Shown in pieces: positions 40,842-49,571 of a stretch of 64,000 nt of DNA. This DNA comes from an uncultured Acidobacteriota bacterium (GTDB lineage: Bacteria; Acidobacteriota; Vicinamibacteria; Vicinamibacterales; JAFNAJ01), in assembly GCA_963697285.1 (NCBI GenBank), contig CAVONI010000001.1, forward strand, positions 320,812-384,811. The letters are read 5' to 3'. How positions within the stretch are numbered: position 1 is the stretch's first letter; the number at the start of each line of letters is the position of its first letter. The notes beneath the pieces were generated by a model. That model was not told where the DNA came from. It did not search any database and saw only the letters and a program-made list of their open reading frames with translations. The translations under genes and the position numbers were made by a program.

Positions 40842-41774
40842 CTACCTGTTGCCGAAGGTCCACATGAAGTTGACCATGGGGAAGACGAACGTCTCGTCGC
40901 CATCGACCGGCACTGCGAGCGCGAGGTCGGCCGAGAGTCGGTCGCCGATGAACCGGACGCCCAGGCTCAGGATGCCGCCATGCTCGAACAGGTAGTTCTC
41001 GGTGATGACCTTCAGGCGGCGGCTCACCCGGTGCTCGCCTCCCACCATCCCGACTGCGGCGCCGCCGCTGTCGCCTTCCTCGTAGGTGTACCCCCAGCCG
41101 GCCCCGACCGTGATTGAGCGGTCAGTCGTGCCGAACGTCGACACGCCGTACGCAATCCCCACGCTGCCATCCTCATCGTCGTCGAACGCCGTGATGTGCA
41201 TCACACCCACCGCGGCCTCGGCCGACTTGCCCTTGTAGACCTGCACCTTGGGTGTGAACCAGAACGGGTGCGACGTGTCGGCGCCGAAGAACAGGGGGGT
41301 GCCGCCGCCAACCGAGATGCGATCGGTGACGCCGACCTGCACGAACGGCATGAAGAACTCGTAGACGCCCACGTAGCCGCTGCCGGCAGGCAGCCCGCGG
41401 CCGGTCGGGCCGAAGAACAGACGCGTCGCGTTCGGATCCGCCGGAATGAACTCGGCGTTCTCATCGACACGTCCACGCGCGCGGCGCAGCACGACGATGT
41501 CTGCGCGCGACACGGTGACGCGCGCGCCTCCCACGGTCAGGAACACGATCGTGTCATCGGCGACCGATTCCACCCTGCCGTAGAACCTGGACCCATCGTG
41601 GAGTTCCAGTTCCATGGTTTCGCCGGGCGCCGAGACGACGATGGTCGCCGGCACGCGCGGTTGATCGGCGACCGCGGCCGACGCGAGGCCGGGGAGGGAG
41701 AGGAGCGCGACGAACGACACCGCGACCAGGGTGCGGTGCGTGAAGGCAAGGCGGCGATGTGCATGGCGTGACAT
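40842..41774 (-). CDS. secreted hypothetical protein (beta-rich, possible outer-membrane protein)
   Basis: 310-aa ORF with signal LVAVSFVALLSLPGLASAAVA. A Gly/aromatic-rich alternating pattern ends in FVFPMVNFMWTFGNR. Confidence 0.65.
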   Translation of the reverse strand: MSRHAHRRLAFTHRTLVAVSFVALLSLPGLASAAVADQPRVPATIVVSAPGETMELELHDGSRFYGRVESVADDTIVFLTVGGARVTVSRADIVVLRRARGRVDENAEFIPADPNATRLFFGPTGRGLPAGSGYVGVYEFFMPFVQVGVTDRISVGGGTPLFFGADTSHPFWFTPKVQVYKGKSAEAAVGVMHITAFDDDEDGSVGIAYGVSTFGTTDRSITVGAGWGYTYEEGDSGGAAVGMVGGEHRVSRRLKVITENYLFEHGGILSLGVRFIGDRLSADLALAVPVDGDETFVFPMVNFMWTFGNR

Positions 41775-41844
41775 GGCTGACTCCGTGAGAGAGGTTCCAC
41801 ACGGGAGAACAGCAGGCGGCCGGAAACGTGACAGCCGGCCGCCC

Positions 41845-41912
41845 GTAGGGGCCGCGCCCCCGCGCGGCCCGCCCCGCGCCCCTGCGCGGCCCGCCCCGCC
41901 CCCGCGCGGCCC
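41845..41912. repeat. GC-rich REP-like element (GGGCCGCGC-N4-GCGCGGCCC hairpin plus two degenerate tandem units)
   Basis: GTAGGGGCCGCGCCCCCGCGCGGCCC is identical to the right arm at 48168-48193. It is followed by GCCCCGCGCCCCTGCGCGGCCC and GCCCCGCCCCCGCGCGGCCC. It lies in a divergent intergenic region. Confidence 0.6.
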
Positions 41913-42070
41913 GCCAAGGTTCCAAGGTCAGCGCTGTGACATGTACTTCCGCCCCGGCGACACGACGAAGTATCCTCTCGCGACCCACACAGGGCCCCAG
42001 GGCGACGAGAGGCCGCACGGTGCGCAGCACCGTTCGGCGTGTGACGGGCGGTGACGCCCGGAGGGACGAC

Positions 42071-43528
42071 ATGACGGAGCAGGTGCGCGCCACGCGGGCG
42101 GTCGTGGACTTCATCACCCGTGCGCGGTGGGACGACTTCGGGGCTGACGTGGTGGCGATGGGCAAGCGGTGCGTCATCGACGGCCTCGGCGTGACGCTGG
42201 CCGGGTCGACGACGGCCGGCAGCGGCATGCTGCGCGACTACATCTCGGCCTCGGGCGCGACAGCCGAGGCGACGGTCGTGGCGCCCGCACCCTTCGGCAC
42301 GACCGCCTCCCTCACGGCCCTGGCGAACGGCGCCAGCGGGCACGCCCTCGACTTCGATGACACGCAGCTCTCGTCGAGCCCTGATCGCATCTTCGGCCTG
42401 ATGACCCACCCCACCATCCCGCCGCTGGCGGCCGCGCTGGCGCTCGGCGAACGGCACCACGTGTCGGGCGCGCGCTTCCTCGAGGCGTTCCTCACCGGCT
42501 TCGAGGTCGAGTGCAAGATCGCCGAGGCGATTCACCCCTTCCACTACAAGAAGGGCTTCCACTCGTCGGGCACGGTCGGCACGTTCGGCGCCGCCGCCGC
42601 GGCGGCGAAGCTGCTGGGACTCGACGCGGCGGCGACGGCCCACGCCATCGCGATTGCGGCGAGCCTGGCTGGCGGCATCCGCGTGAACTTCGGCACGATG
42701 ACCAAGCCCCTCCACGTGGGACGCGCGGCACAGAACGGCGTGATCGCCGCGGAGTTGGCGTCTCGCGGTTTCACCGGGGGCGCCGACGCGCTCGACGGGC
42801 CGTGGGGATTCTTCGAGGTCTTCAGCTTCAGCGGGGGCTTCGATCCGGCGGTGATCGTCGGGACGCTCGGCCAGCCGCACAGCATCGTCACGCCCGGCAT
42901 CTCGATCAAGCCCTACCCGTGCGGCGTGCTCGGGCATCCCAGCATGGATGCCATGCTGAAGCTCGTGATCACGCACGACGTCAGCCCCGATCAGATCACG
43001 GCGATCCGGTTGCGCGCCGGGTCGAACATCCTCAACCCGTTGCGCTACGCCATCGCGCACAGCGAGCTCGAGGCGAAGTTCTGCCCGGCGTTCATGCTGT
43101 CGAGCATCGCGATCCGCCGCAAGGCGGGCATCCGCGAGTTCACCGACGAGTTCGTGTGCAGCGCGCCGGTGCAGGAGATGATGGCGCGGGTCCAGACCAT
43201 CCTCGACCCGGTCATCGAGGCTCGTGGCTTCGATCGCATCCGCAGCACCGTGGAGGTCGATCTCGCCGACGGGCGGCGCCTCGTCCAGGAGGCCGACGAG
43301 CGCTATCGCGGTGGTCCCGATCATCCCTTCACGCGCGAGGACCTGCACGGCAAGTTCTCGGACTGCGCGTCGCTCGTGCTGTCGCCAGCCACGATCACCG
43401 AAGCGCTCGCGATGCTCGAGACGCTCGAGACCGTGAACGACATCGGGCAACTGGTGCAGGTGGTGACCCCCCGGTCGGCCGTGGCGTCAGGCTCGCACGC
43501 GACCAGCGCGGCGAAGGAGACCGCATGA
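42071..43528 (+). CDS. MmgE/PrpD family protein (2-methylcitrate dehydratase-like)
   Basis: ATG 42071. Blocks are VVDFITRARWDDFGADVVAMGKRCVIDGLGVTLAG, HALDFDDT, and GFHSSGTVGTFGAAAAAAKLLGL...KPLHVGRAAQNGV. Confidence 0.85.
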   Translation: MTEQVRATRAVVDFITRARWDDFGADVVAMGKRCVIDGLGVTLAGSTTAGSGMLRDYISASGATAEATVVAPAPFGTTASLTALANGASGHALDFDDTQLSSSPDRIFGLMTHPTIPPLAAALALGERHHVSGARFLEAFLTGFEVECKIAEAIHPFHYKKGFHSSGTVGTFGAAAAAAKLLGLDAAATAHAIAIAASLAGGIRVNFGTMTKPLHVGRAAQNGVIAAELASRGFTGGADALDGPWGFFEVFSFSGGFDPAVIVGTLGQPHSIVTPGISIKPYPCGVLGHPSMDAMLKLVITHDVSPDQITAIRLRAGSNILNPLRYAIAHSELEAKFCPAFMLSSIAIRRKAGIREFTDEFVCSAPVQEMMARVQTILDPVIEARGFDRIRSTVEVDLADGRRLVQEADERYRGGPDHPFTREDLHGKFSDCASLVLSPATITEALAMLETLETVNDIGQLVQVVTPRSAVASGSHATSAAKETA

Positions 43529-44766
43529 GCCTGGCCTGGGTGTCGGTGGCCGCGCTCGTGATCGCGGTCGCCCTCAGCTGCACCACGGCGGTCAACGTGG
43601 GCGTCGTGTCGCTCGTGCTCGCGTGGACCGTGGGCGTGTACCTCGGCGGCATGTCGGTCAACGCCGTGCTCGAGGGTTTTCCGACGCCGCTGCTCGTCAC
43701 GCTCGTGGGCGTGACCCTGCTGTTCAGTGGTTCGGAGGCCAACGGGACGCTCTCGCGGGTGACCGGCCGAGCCGTGCGCTTGTGCCGCGGTCATGCCGGC
43801 GTGCTGCCGATCATGTTCTTCGTGCTGGGCCTCGTGATCTCGACGATCGGCCCGGGCGGCACACCGACGGCCGCGCTGCTGGCGCCGCCCGCCATGGCCG
43901 TGGCGGCCAGGGCCGGCATCTCGCCGCTCCTCATGATCATCATGGCGGGCAACGGCGCGCTCGCCGGCACGCTGTCGCCGTTCGCCCCGACGGGGATCGT
44001 CGCCAACGGCGTCATGGGCCGCATCGGGCTCGGCGGCGTCGAGTGGCAGACATATGCCTACAACGCGCTCGCCCACTCGATTGTCGGGTTCGGCGGGTTT
44101 GCGCTGCTCGGCGGGCTGACGCTGTTCAGGCGACGGGATGCCGGCGTGGTCACCGCGGAGCCGGAGACGGGTGCCATGCAGCGCGCCCACTGGCTGACGC
44201 TGGCCGGGATCCTCGTCCTCATCGTGGCGGTCGCGGGCTTCGACATGCACGTCGGCATGATGGCCCTGGCGATCGCCGCCATCCTGACGCTGCTCGGTGC
44301 CGTGGACGAGAAGCAGGCCATCCGGGGTATGCCGTGGGGCGTGATCCTCATGGTGACGGGTGTGACGGTGCTGGTGTCGATCCTCGAGAAGACCGAAGGC
44401 CTCGACCTGTTCACCGCCGCCATGGCGAACGTCGCCTCACCGGCGACCATCAACCCGATCGTCGCGTTCGGTACTGGCCTTGTTTCGGTTTACAGCAGCA
44501 CGTCAGGTGTGGTGCTGCCGGCGTTTCTCCCGATCGTGCCCGGGATCGCGGAGCGCCTCGGCGGGCTGCCGCCGCTGCCCATCGCGTGGTCGATGAATGT
44601 CGGGTCGAGCCTCGTTGACCTGTCGTCGCTGTCCACGGTGGGTGCACTGTTCCTGGCCGCGACCCCACCGCCGACCGACGCTCGCGCCCTGTTCAACAAG
44701 TTGCTGGCGTGGGGGTTCTCGATGGCGTTCGTCGGCGCCGCGCTGTCCTGGATTCTCTTCCGGTAA
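43525..44766 (+). CDS. anion permease (ArsB/NhaD-CitMHS/DASS-type organic-acid transporter)
   Basis: ATG 43525 overlaps the PrpD-family stop (ATGA). About 413 aa, polytopic, with two homologous hydrophobic halves around a central loop (RRRDAGVVTAEPETGAMQRAHW). Confidence 0.7.
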   Translation: MSLAWVSVAALVIAVALSCTTAVNVGVVSLVLAWTVGVYLGGMSVNAVLEGFPTPLLVTLVGVTLLFSGSEANGTLSRVTGRAVRLCRGHAGVLPIMFFVLGLVISTIGPGGTPTAALLAPPAMAVAARAGISPLLMIIMAGNGALAGTLSPFAPTGIVANGVMGRIGLGGVEWQTYAYNALAHSIVGFGGFALLGGLTLFRRRDAGVVTAEPETGAMQRAHWLTLAGILVLIVAVAGFDMHVGMMALAIAAILTLLGAVDEKQAIRGMPWGVILMVTGVTVLVSILEKTEGLDLFTAAMANVASPATINPIVAFGTGLVSVYSSTSGVVLPAFLPIVPGIAERLGGLPPLPIAWSMNVGSSLVDLSSLSTVGALFLAATPPPTDARALFNKLLAWGFSMAFVGAALSWILFR

Positions 44767-44773
44767 GGCGCGC

Positions 44774-45715
44774 GTGCGAGTCGCGATCCTCGACGACGTG
44801 CACCATGCGTACGACGGCACAACCGGCGTGCAGCGGTTGCGTGAGCGCGCCGAGGTGCACATCTTCACCGGCCCGATTGGCAACGCCGCGGCGCTGCGCG
44901 GGTTCGACGCGCTCGTGGCGAACCGCGAGCGGACGCGGTTCACGCGTGCCTTCCTCGAGCAGCTCATCGACGTCCGGATCATCGCCCAGACCGGCAATCA
45001 CGCGCATCACATCGACCTGCAGGCAGCGGCCCAACTCGGCATCGTCGTCGCCAGGGCCAGCGGGGGCTACTCGATCGGCGCGGCCGAACTCGCCATGGGG
45101 CTCGCGTTGGCCGTCATGCGCCAGATCCCCGTGCAGCACGAGGCGGTCAGGCGCGGCGAGTGGCGCACGCCCTCGACGCCGGTGCTCCACGGCAAGACCC
45201 TGGGAATCGTCGGGCTCGGCCGCGTGGGTCAGCACGTGGCGCGGCTCGGGACGGCGTTCGGCATGCGCACGCTGGCATGGAGCCCGCGGCTTACCGATGC
45301 TGCCGCCGCGGCAGCAGGTACCGGCAGGTGTTCGCTCGAAGACCTCCTCTCGCAGTCTGACCTCGTGTCGCTGCACGCCTCCCTGACGCCCGTCTCGCGC
45401 GGGATGATCGGCGCACCACAGTTCGACCGGATGAAGCGCACCGCGTTCCTCGTGAACACCGCGCGGGGCGGCCTCGTCGACGAAGCCGCCCTCGTCGAGG
45501 CGCTGCGCACTCGGCAGATTGCGGGCGCCGGGCTGGACGTGTTCGCCGAGGAGCCACTGCGGACGGCGCATCCGCTGACCACGCTGGACAACGTGGTGCT
45601 CACGCCGCATCTCGGCTGGCCGACAGATGACGGCTACCGCCGCTTTGCTGCCGCGGCGTGCGACGCCCTGCTGGCGTACCTCGAGGGGCGCGAGGTGGAG
45701 CGGTTTTCCGAGTGA
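44774..45715 (+). CDS. D-isomer-specific 2-hydroxyacid dehydrogenase family protein
   Basis: GTG 44774. The NAD motif is LGIVGLGRVGQHVAR, then LVNTARGGLVDEAAL, GAGLDVFAEEP and LTPHLGW. Confidence 0.85.
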   Translation: MRVAILDDVHHAYDGTTGVQRLRERAEVHIFTGPIGNAAALRGFDALVANRERTRFTRAFLEQLIDVRIIAQTGNHAHHIDLQAAAQLGIVVARASGGYSIGAAELAMGLALAVMRQIPVQHEAVRRGEWRTPSTPVLHGKTLGIVGLGRVGQHVARLGTAFGMRTLAWSPRLTDAAAAAAGTGRCSLEDLLSQSDLVSLHASLTPVSRGMIGAPQFDRMKRTAFLVNTARGGLVDEAALVEALRTRQIAGAGLDVFAEEPLRTAHPLTTLDNVVLTPHLGWPTDDGYRRFAAAACDALLAYLEGREVERFSE

Positions 45716-45738
45716 GTGTGGCGAGGGTGAAAGGCGGA

Positions 45739-45763
45739 GAGGCGTCGTCGGCGACGACGCCTC
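45739..45763. terminator. bidirectional hairpin terminator between convergent genes
   Basis: A perfect 11-bp stem GAGGCGTCGTC / GACGACGCCTC with a 3-nt loop. It lies midway between the stops at 45715 (+) and 45780 (-). Confidence 0.55.
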
Positions 45764-45779
45764 CCTGTGGACTGCGCGT

Positions 45780-47609
45780 CTACAAGCGGCAGATGAGCAA
45801 CTCGCGCTCGTAGATCATTTCCTTGGGCAAGTGGTCGTGCAGTTGCAGGAAGAGTTCCTCGTGCTCGATGACCTCGCGGCGCCACTGCGCCCGGTCGACG
45901 ACCTGCAGTTCCTCGAATTGCTCGCGTGACATCGGCATGCCCGTCCAGTCGATGTCCTCGTAGCGGGGCATCCAGCCGAGTGGTGACTCGCGCGTGGGCA
46001 CGCGGCCGCGCACGCGATCGACGATCCACCTGAGCACGCGCATGTTCTCGCGGAAGCCCGGCCACAGGAACTTGCCGTTGGCGTCCTTGCGGAACCAGTT
46101 GACGCTGAAGATCTTCGGCGACTGGGGGAGCGACCGCTGCATCGTGATCCAGTGCCGGAAGTAATCGCCCATGTGGTAGCCGCAGAACGGCAGCATGGCC
46201 ATCGGATCGCGCCTGACCGTGCCCACGGTGCCCACGGCGGCGGCGGTCATCTCAGATCCCATGGTTGCGCCCAGGTAGACGCCTGCCGACCAGTTGAACG
46301 CCTGGTGCACGAGGGGCATCGTCGTCGCGCGGCGGCCACCGAAGATGATCGCGCTGATGGGCACCCCTTCCGGATCCTCGAATGCCGGATCGATGATGGG
46401 GCACTGCGAGATGGGCGCGGTGAAGCGGGCGTTCGGATGCGCGGCCAGGGCGCCCGTCTCCTTCGCGATCGCCGGCGTCCACACCTGCCCCTTCCAGTCG
46501 GTGCACTCCTGCGGCGGCTCGTCGGTCATGCCCTCCCACCAGACGCCGCCTTCGGGCGTCAGCCCGACGTTGGTGAAGATGGCGTTGCGCGAGATGGTGG
46601 CCATCGCGTTCGGGTTCGTCTTGTACGACGTGCCGGGCGCCACGCCGAACACCCCCGCTTCCGGATTGATCGCGCGCAGGCGCCCATGGCTGTCGGGCTT
46701 GATCCACGCGATGTCGTCACCGACGATGGTCACCTTCCAGCCCTTCATGCTGTCGGGCGGTATCAGCATCGCGAGGTTCGTCTTCCCGCACGCGCTCGGG
46801 AACGCCGCGGCGAGGTAGGTCTTCTCGCCGTGGGGATCCTCGATGCCGACGATCAGCATGTGTTCGGCGAGCCAGCCCTCATCGCGCGCGATCGCCGAGG
46901 CGATCCGGAGGCCGAAGCACTTCTTGCCCAGCAAGGCGTTGCCGCCGTAGCCGGAACCGTATGACCAGACCTCGCGCGTTTCGGGGAAGTGGACGATGTA
47001 CTTCTCCGGGTTGCAGGGCCAGGGCACATCAGGCTGGCCGGGGGCGAGGGGCGCGCCGACGCTGTGCATGCACGGGACGACGCGCTTCACGTCGCGCTCG
47101 ATCTCGCGCAGGACCGGCACACCGATGCGGGCCATGATGCGCGTGTTGACGACCACGTAGGGCGAGTCGGTCAGTTGCACGCCGATCTGCGACATCGGCG
47201 AGCCCACGGCCCCCATGCTGTAGGCCATGACGTACATCGTCCGGCCGGCCATGGAGCCGTTGAACAGGTCCTTGAGCTTGTGGCGCATCTCGACCGGGTT
47301 GACCCAGTTGTTCGTGGGGCCCGCACTGTCCTTCGACAGCGAACAGACAAAGGTGCGCTGCTCGACGCGGGCGACATCGCTGGCGTCAGACCTGGCGTAA
47401 TAGCAGCCGGGCCAGAGGTCCTCGTTCAGCTTGATGAACGTCCCCGCCTGCACCATCTGTGCACAGAGCAGGTCGTATTCCTCCTGCGACCCGTCGACCC
47501 AGTGCACCGTGGCGGGCTGTGTCAGCCGGCGCATCTTCTCGACCCACTTGATCAGGGGGGCATTGGTGGTGATGGGGATGGACGGATCACGGGATGGCAG
47601 GTTGGCCAT
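45780..47609 (-). CDS. pckG: phosphoenolpyruvate carboxykinase (GTP)
   Basis: 609 aa, with [15 protein letters not shown] (kinase-1a), GDDIAWI and the typical GTP-PEPCK N- and C-termini. Confidence 0.95.
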   Translation of the reverse strand: MANLPSRDPSIPITTNAPLIKWVEKMRRLTQPATVHWVDGSQEEYDLLCAQMVQAGTFIKLNEDLWPGCYYARSDASDVARVEQRTFVCSLSKDSAGPTNNWVNPVEMRHKLKDLFNGSMAGRTMYVMAYSMGAVGSPMSQIGVQLTDSPYVVVNTRIMARIGVPVLREIERDVKRVVPCMHSVGAPLAPGQPDVPWPCNPEKYIVHFPETREVWSYGSGYGGNALLGKKCFGLRIASAIARDEGWLAEHMLIVGIEDPHGEKTYLAAAFPSACGKTNLAMLIPPDSMKGWKVTIVGDDIAWIKPDSHGRLRAINPEAGVFGVAPGTSYKTNPNAMATISRNAIFTNVGLTPEGGVWWEGMTDEPPQECTDWKGQVWTPAIAKETGALAAHPNARFTAPISQCPIIDPAFEDPEGVPISAIIFGGRRATTMPLVHQAFNWSAGVYLGATMGSEMTAAAVGTVGTVRRDPMAMLPFCGYHMGDYFRHWITMQRSLPQSPKIFSVNWFRKDANGKFLWPGFRENMRVLRWIVDRVRGRVPTRESPLGWMPRYEDIDWTGMPMSREQFEELQVVDRAQWRREVIEHEELFLQLHDHLPKEMIYERELLICRL

Positions 47610-47861
47610 CTACAGACTCCTCGGCGAGCGCCTCGCGGCGAGTTACGTACCAGCGTAGGTCAGATGCCCTCACGGCATCGCGCTGGATGATCGTAACGCA
47701 TCGCGCAACCGAGCGGGTCCATATGACGTGCGGACGCTGGCGGTGCGACAAATCGCGACGAGCGTGGGGGAGCGAGGGGCCCGCAGCAGGGCAACTCGCG
47801 GCTGCCCTCGCCTGAGCGGGGTCGGGTGGGTGTTCGCAGACCGATCAGGCCGCGGCGTTCC

Positions 47862-48065
47862 TCAGCGGCGACTGTCCTGGATGCTCTCGCTCATGGTCTT
47901 GTCGGGAGCATTCCAGAAGTGCCACATGACGAGCGGTGGGAGGACCGCCAGCGCAGCCATCACCAACAGGCTGCTTCCCGAAGTGACGTCGAGGGCAAAG
48001 CCGACGACGACGGCTGCGACGAGCCACACCGTAGCGATGCTGGTCTTGATGGCATTGGTTCCCAT
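47862..48065 (-). CDS. small membrane protein (67 aa, two TM helices)
   Basis: ATG at 48065 within ORF 47862..48116. Translation is MGTNAIKTSIATVWLVAAVVVGFALDV...LLVMAALAVLPPLVMWHFW. Confidence 0.4.
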   Translation of the reverse strand: MGTNAIKTSIATVWLVAAVVVGFALDVTSGSSLLVMAALAVLPPLVMWHFWNAPDKTMSESIQDSRR

Positions 48066-48133
48066 GGCTTGAGCGTACGCCCCTTCGCCTGTCCTCCGCT
48101 GTTCAATAGTGCACACGCCTGTTCCGGTGTTCC

Positions 48134-48220
48134 GGGCCGCGCGGGGGCGCGGCCCCTACACCCCCCCGTAGGGGCCGCGCCCCCGCGCGGCCCGACGCCC
48201 CCGCGCGGCCCGACGCCCCC
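48134..48220. repeat. GC-rich REP-like cruciform element plus tandem units
   Basis: GGGCCGCGCGGGGGCGCGGCCCCTAC (48134-48159) and its exact reverse complement (48168-48193) flank the loop ACCCCCCC. Each arm is itself a 9-bp hairpin. A direct GACGCCCCCGCGCGGCCC unit and then a partial unit (GACGCCCCC) follow. Confidence 0.7.
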
Positions 48221-48361
48221 GTGGCACCGCGGCACCCCTGTGCCTTGACACCTCGGGAACCGACGCGCTAGCGTTCATGGCGCAGGGCGGCGGTCTACCC
48301 GCTCTCGACGGACTCCCCACCGTAGTCGTCTGTTCTCCTCAGCCGAAGTCAGGCCGGAACC

Positions 48362-49546
48362 ATGAACGTCCTCGTGCTCAACTGTGGATCCTCGTCCGCG
48401 AAGTTCGCGGTGATCGATCCGTCGACCTCTCACCAGGCCATCGCCGGGATTGCACAGCGCCTCGGATCGCCGGACGCCACGTGCGACTGGGTGGTCGATG
48501 GCACGAGGCAGTCGCGACCCATCCCTGGCGCCGCTCACGAAGAGGCGCTGCGCGCCGTCGTGGCACTGCTCCGCGAGATGGGCCTCGCCGACTCGATTGT
48601 CGGCGTGGGTCACCGCGTCGTCCACGGCGGCGCGCGCTTCGCCAGCTCGATGCGGCTCACCCCCGAGGTGATCGCCAAGGTCGAGGAGTGCGTGCCGCTG
48701 AGCCCGCTGCACAACCCGCCCAACCTGCTCGGCATCCGCATCGCGCAGGAGCTCTTCCCCGGGCTGCCGCAGATCGGCGTGTTCGACACCGCGTTCCACC
48801 AGACCATGCCGGCGGTGGCCTACACCTACCCGGTGCCGCACCACTGGCTCGACACGCACGGCGTCCGCCGCTACGGCTTCCACGGCACGAGCCATCGCTT
48901 CGTCGCGCGCCAGGCCGTCATCCAGGCGGGCCTCGACCCCCACGACCACGCGCTGGTGACGGCACATCTCGGAAACGGGTCGTCGTGCACCGCGGTCCGC
49001 AACGGGCGGAGCGTCGACACGACGATGGGCATGACGCCGCTCGAGGGCGTGATGATGGGCACGCGGTCGGGATCGATCGACCCGGCCATCATCGGCTACA
49101 TGGCCACGGCCACGAACCAGAGCGAGTCGGCCATTCTCGACGCGCTCAACAAGAAGTCTGGACTGCTCGGTGTGTCTGGCGTGTCGAACGACATGCGGGC
49201 GCTCGAGCAGGCCGCCGCCGCCGGCGACGTGCGCTCACAACTCGCCATCGAGATCTTCTGCTACCTGCTGGCGAAGTCGATCGCGGCGCTCGTCGTGCCG
49301 CTCGGCCGTCTCGACGCCCTCGTGTTCACCGGCGGCATCGGCGAGAACTCGGTGCCGACGCGCGCGAAGGTCGTCGGCCTGTTGCCGTTCCTGGGATTGA
49401 CGCTCGACCCCGCATCGAACGACACGCATGGCCGCGATCGCGCGGGATGCATCACCACTCTCACGCGCCCGCAAGCCATGGTCGTCAGGACGAACGAGGA
49501 ACTGATGATCGCCATGGATACGGCCGAGATCGTGCAAGGCGGCTGA
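48362..49546 (+). CDS. ackA: acetate kinase
   Basis: 394 aa, with MNVLVLNCGSSSAKFAV, GHRVVHGG, PLHNPPNL, FDTAFHQTMP, RYGFHGTSH and TGGIGENS. Confidence 0.95.
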   Translation: MNVLVLNCGSSSAKFAVIDPSTSHQAIAGIAQRLGSPDATCDWVVDGTRQSRPIPGAAHEEALRAVVALLREMGLADSIVGVGHRVVHGGARFASSMRLTPEVIAKVEECVPLSPLHNPPNLLGIRIAQELFPGLPQIGVFDTAFHQTMPAVAYTYPVPHHWLDTHGVRRYGFHGTSHRFVARQAVIQAGLDPHDHALVTAHLGNGSSCTAVRNGRSVDTTMGMTPLEGVMMGTRSGSIDPAIIGYMATATNQSESAILDALNKKSGLLGVSGVSNDMRALEQAAAAGDVRSQLAIEIFCYLLAKSIAALVVPLGRLDALVFTGGIGENSVPTRAKVVGLLPFLGLTLDPASNDTHGRDRAGCITTLTRPQAMVVRTNEELMIAMDTAEIVQGG

Positions 49547-49571
49547 CACCACGCCGCGAAGGAGTTTCGTC

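Noticed and set aside
41845-48220. Possible CRISPR array, considered for the GC-rich tandem units, the W-V-N repeat and the 270-nt PKD repeats
   Set aside because: The GC-rich elements have only 2-3 short units without unique spacers of CRISPR size. The other two are coding repeats with protein-level periodicity. No cas genes are present.
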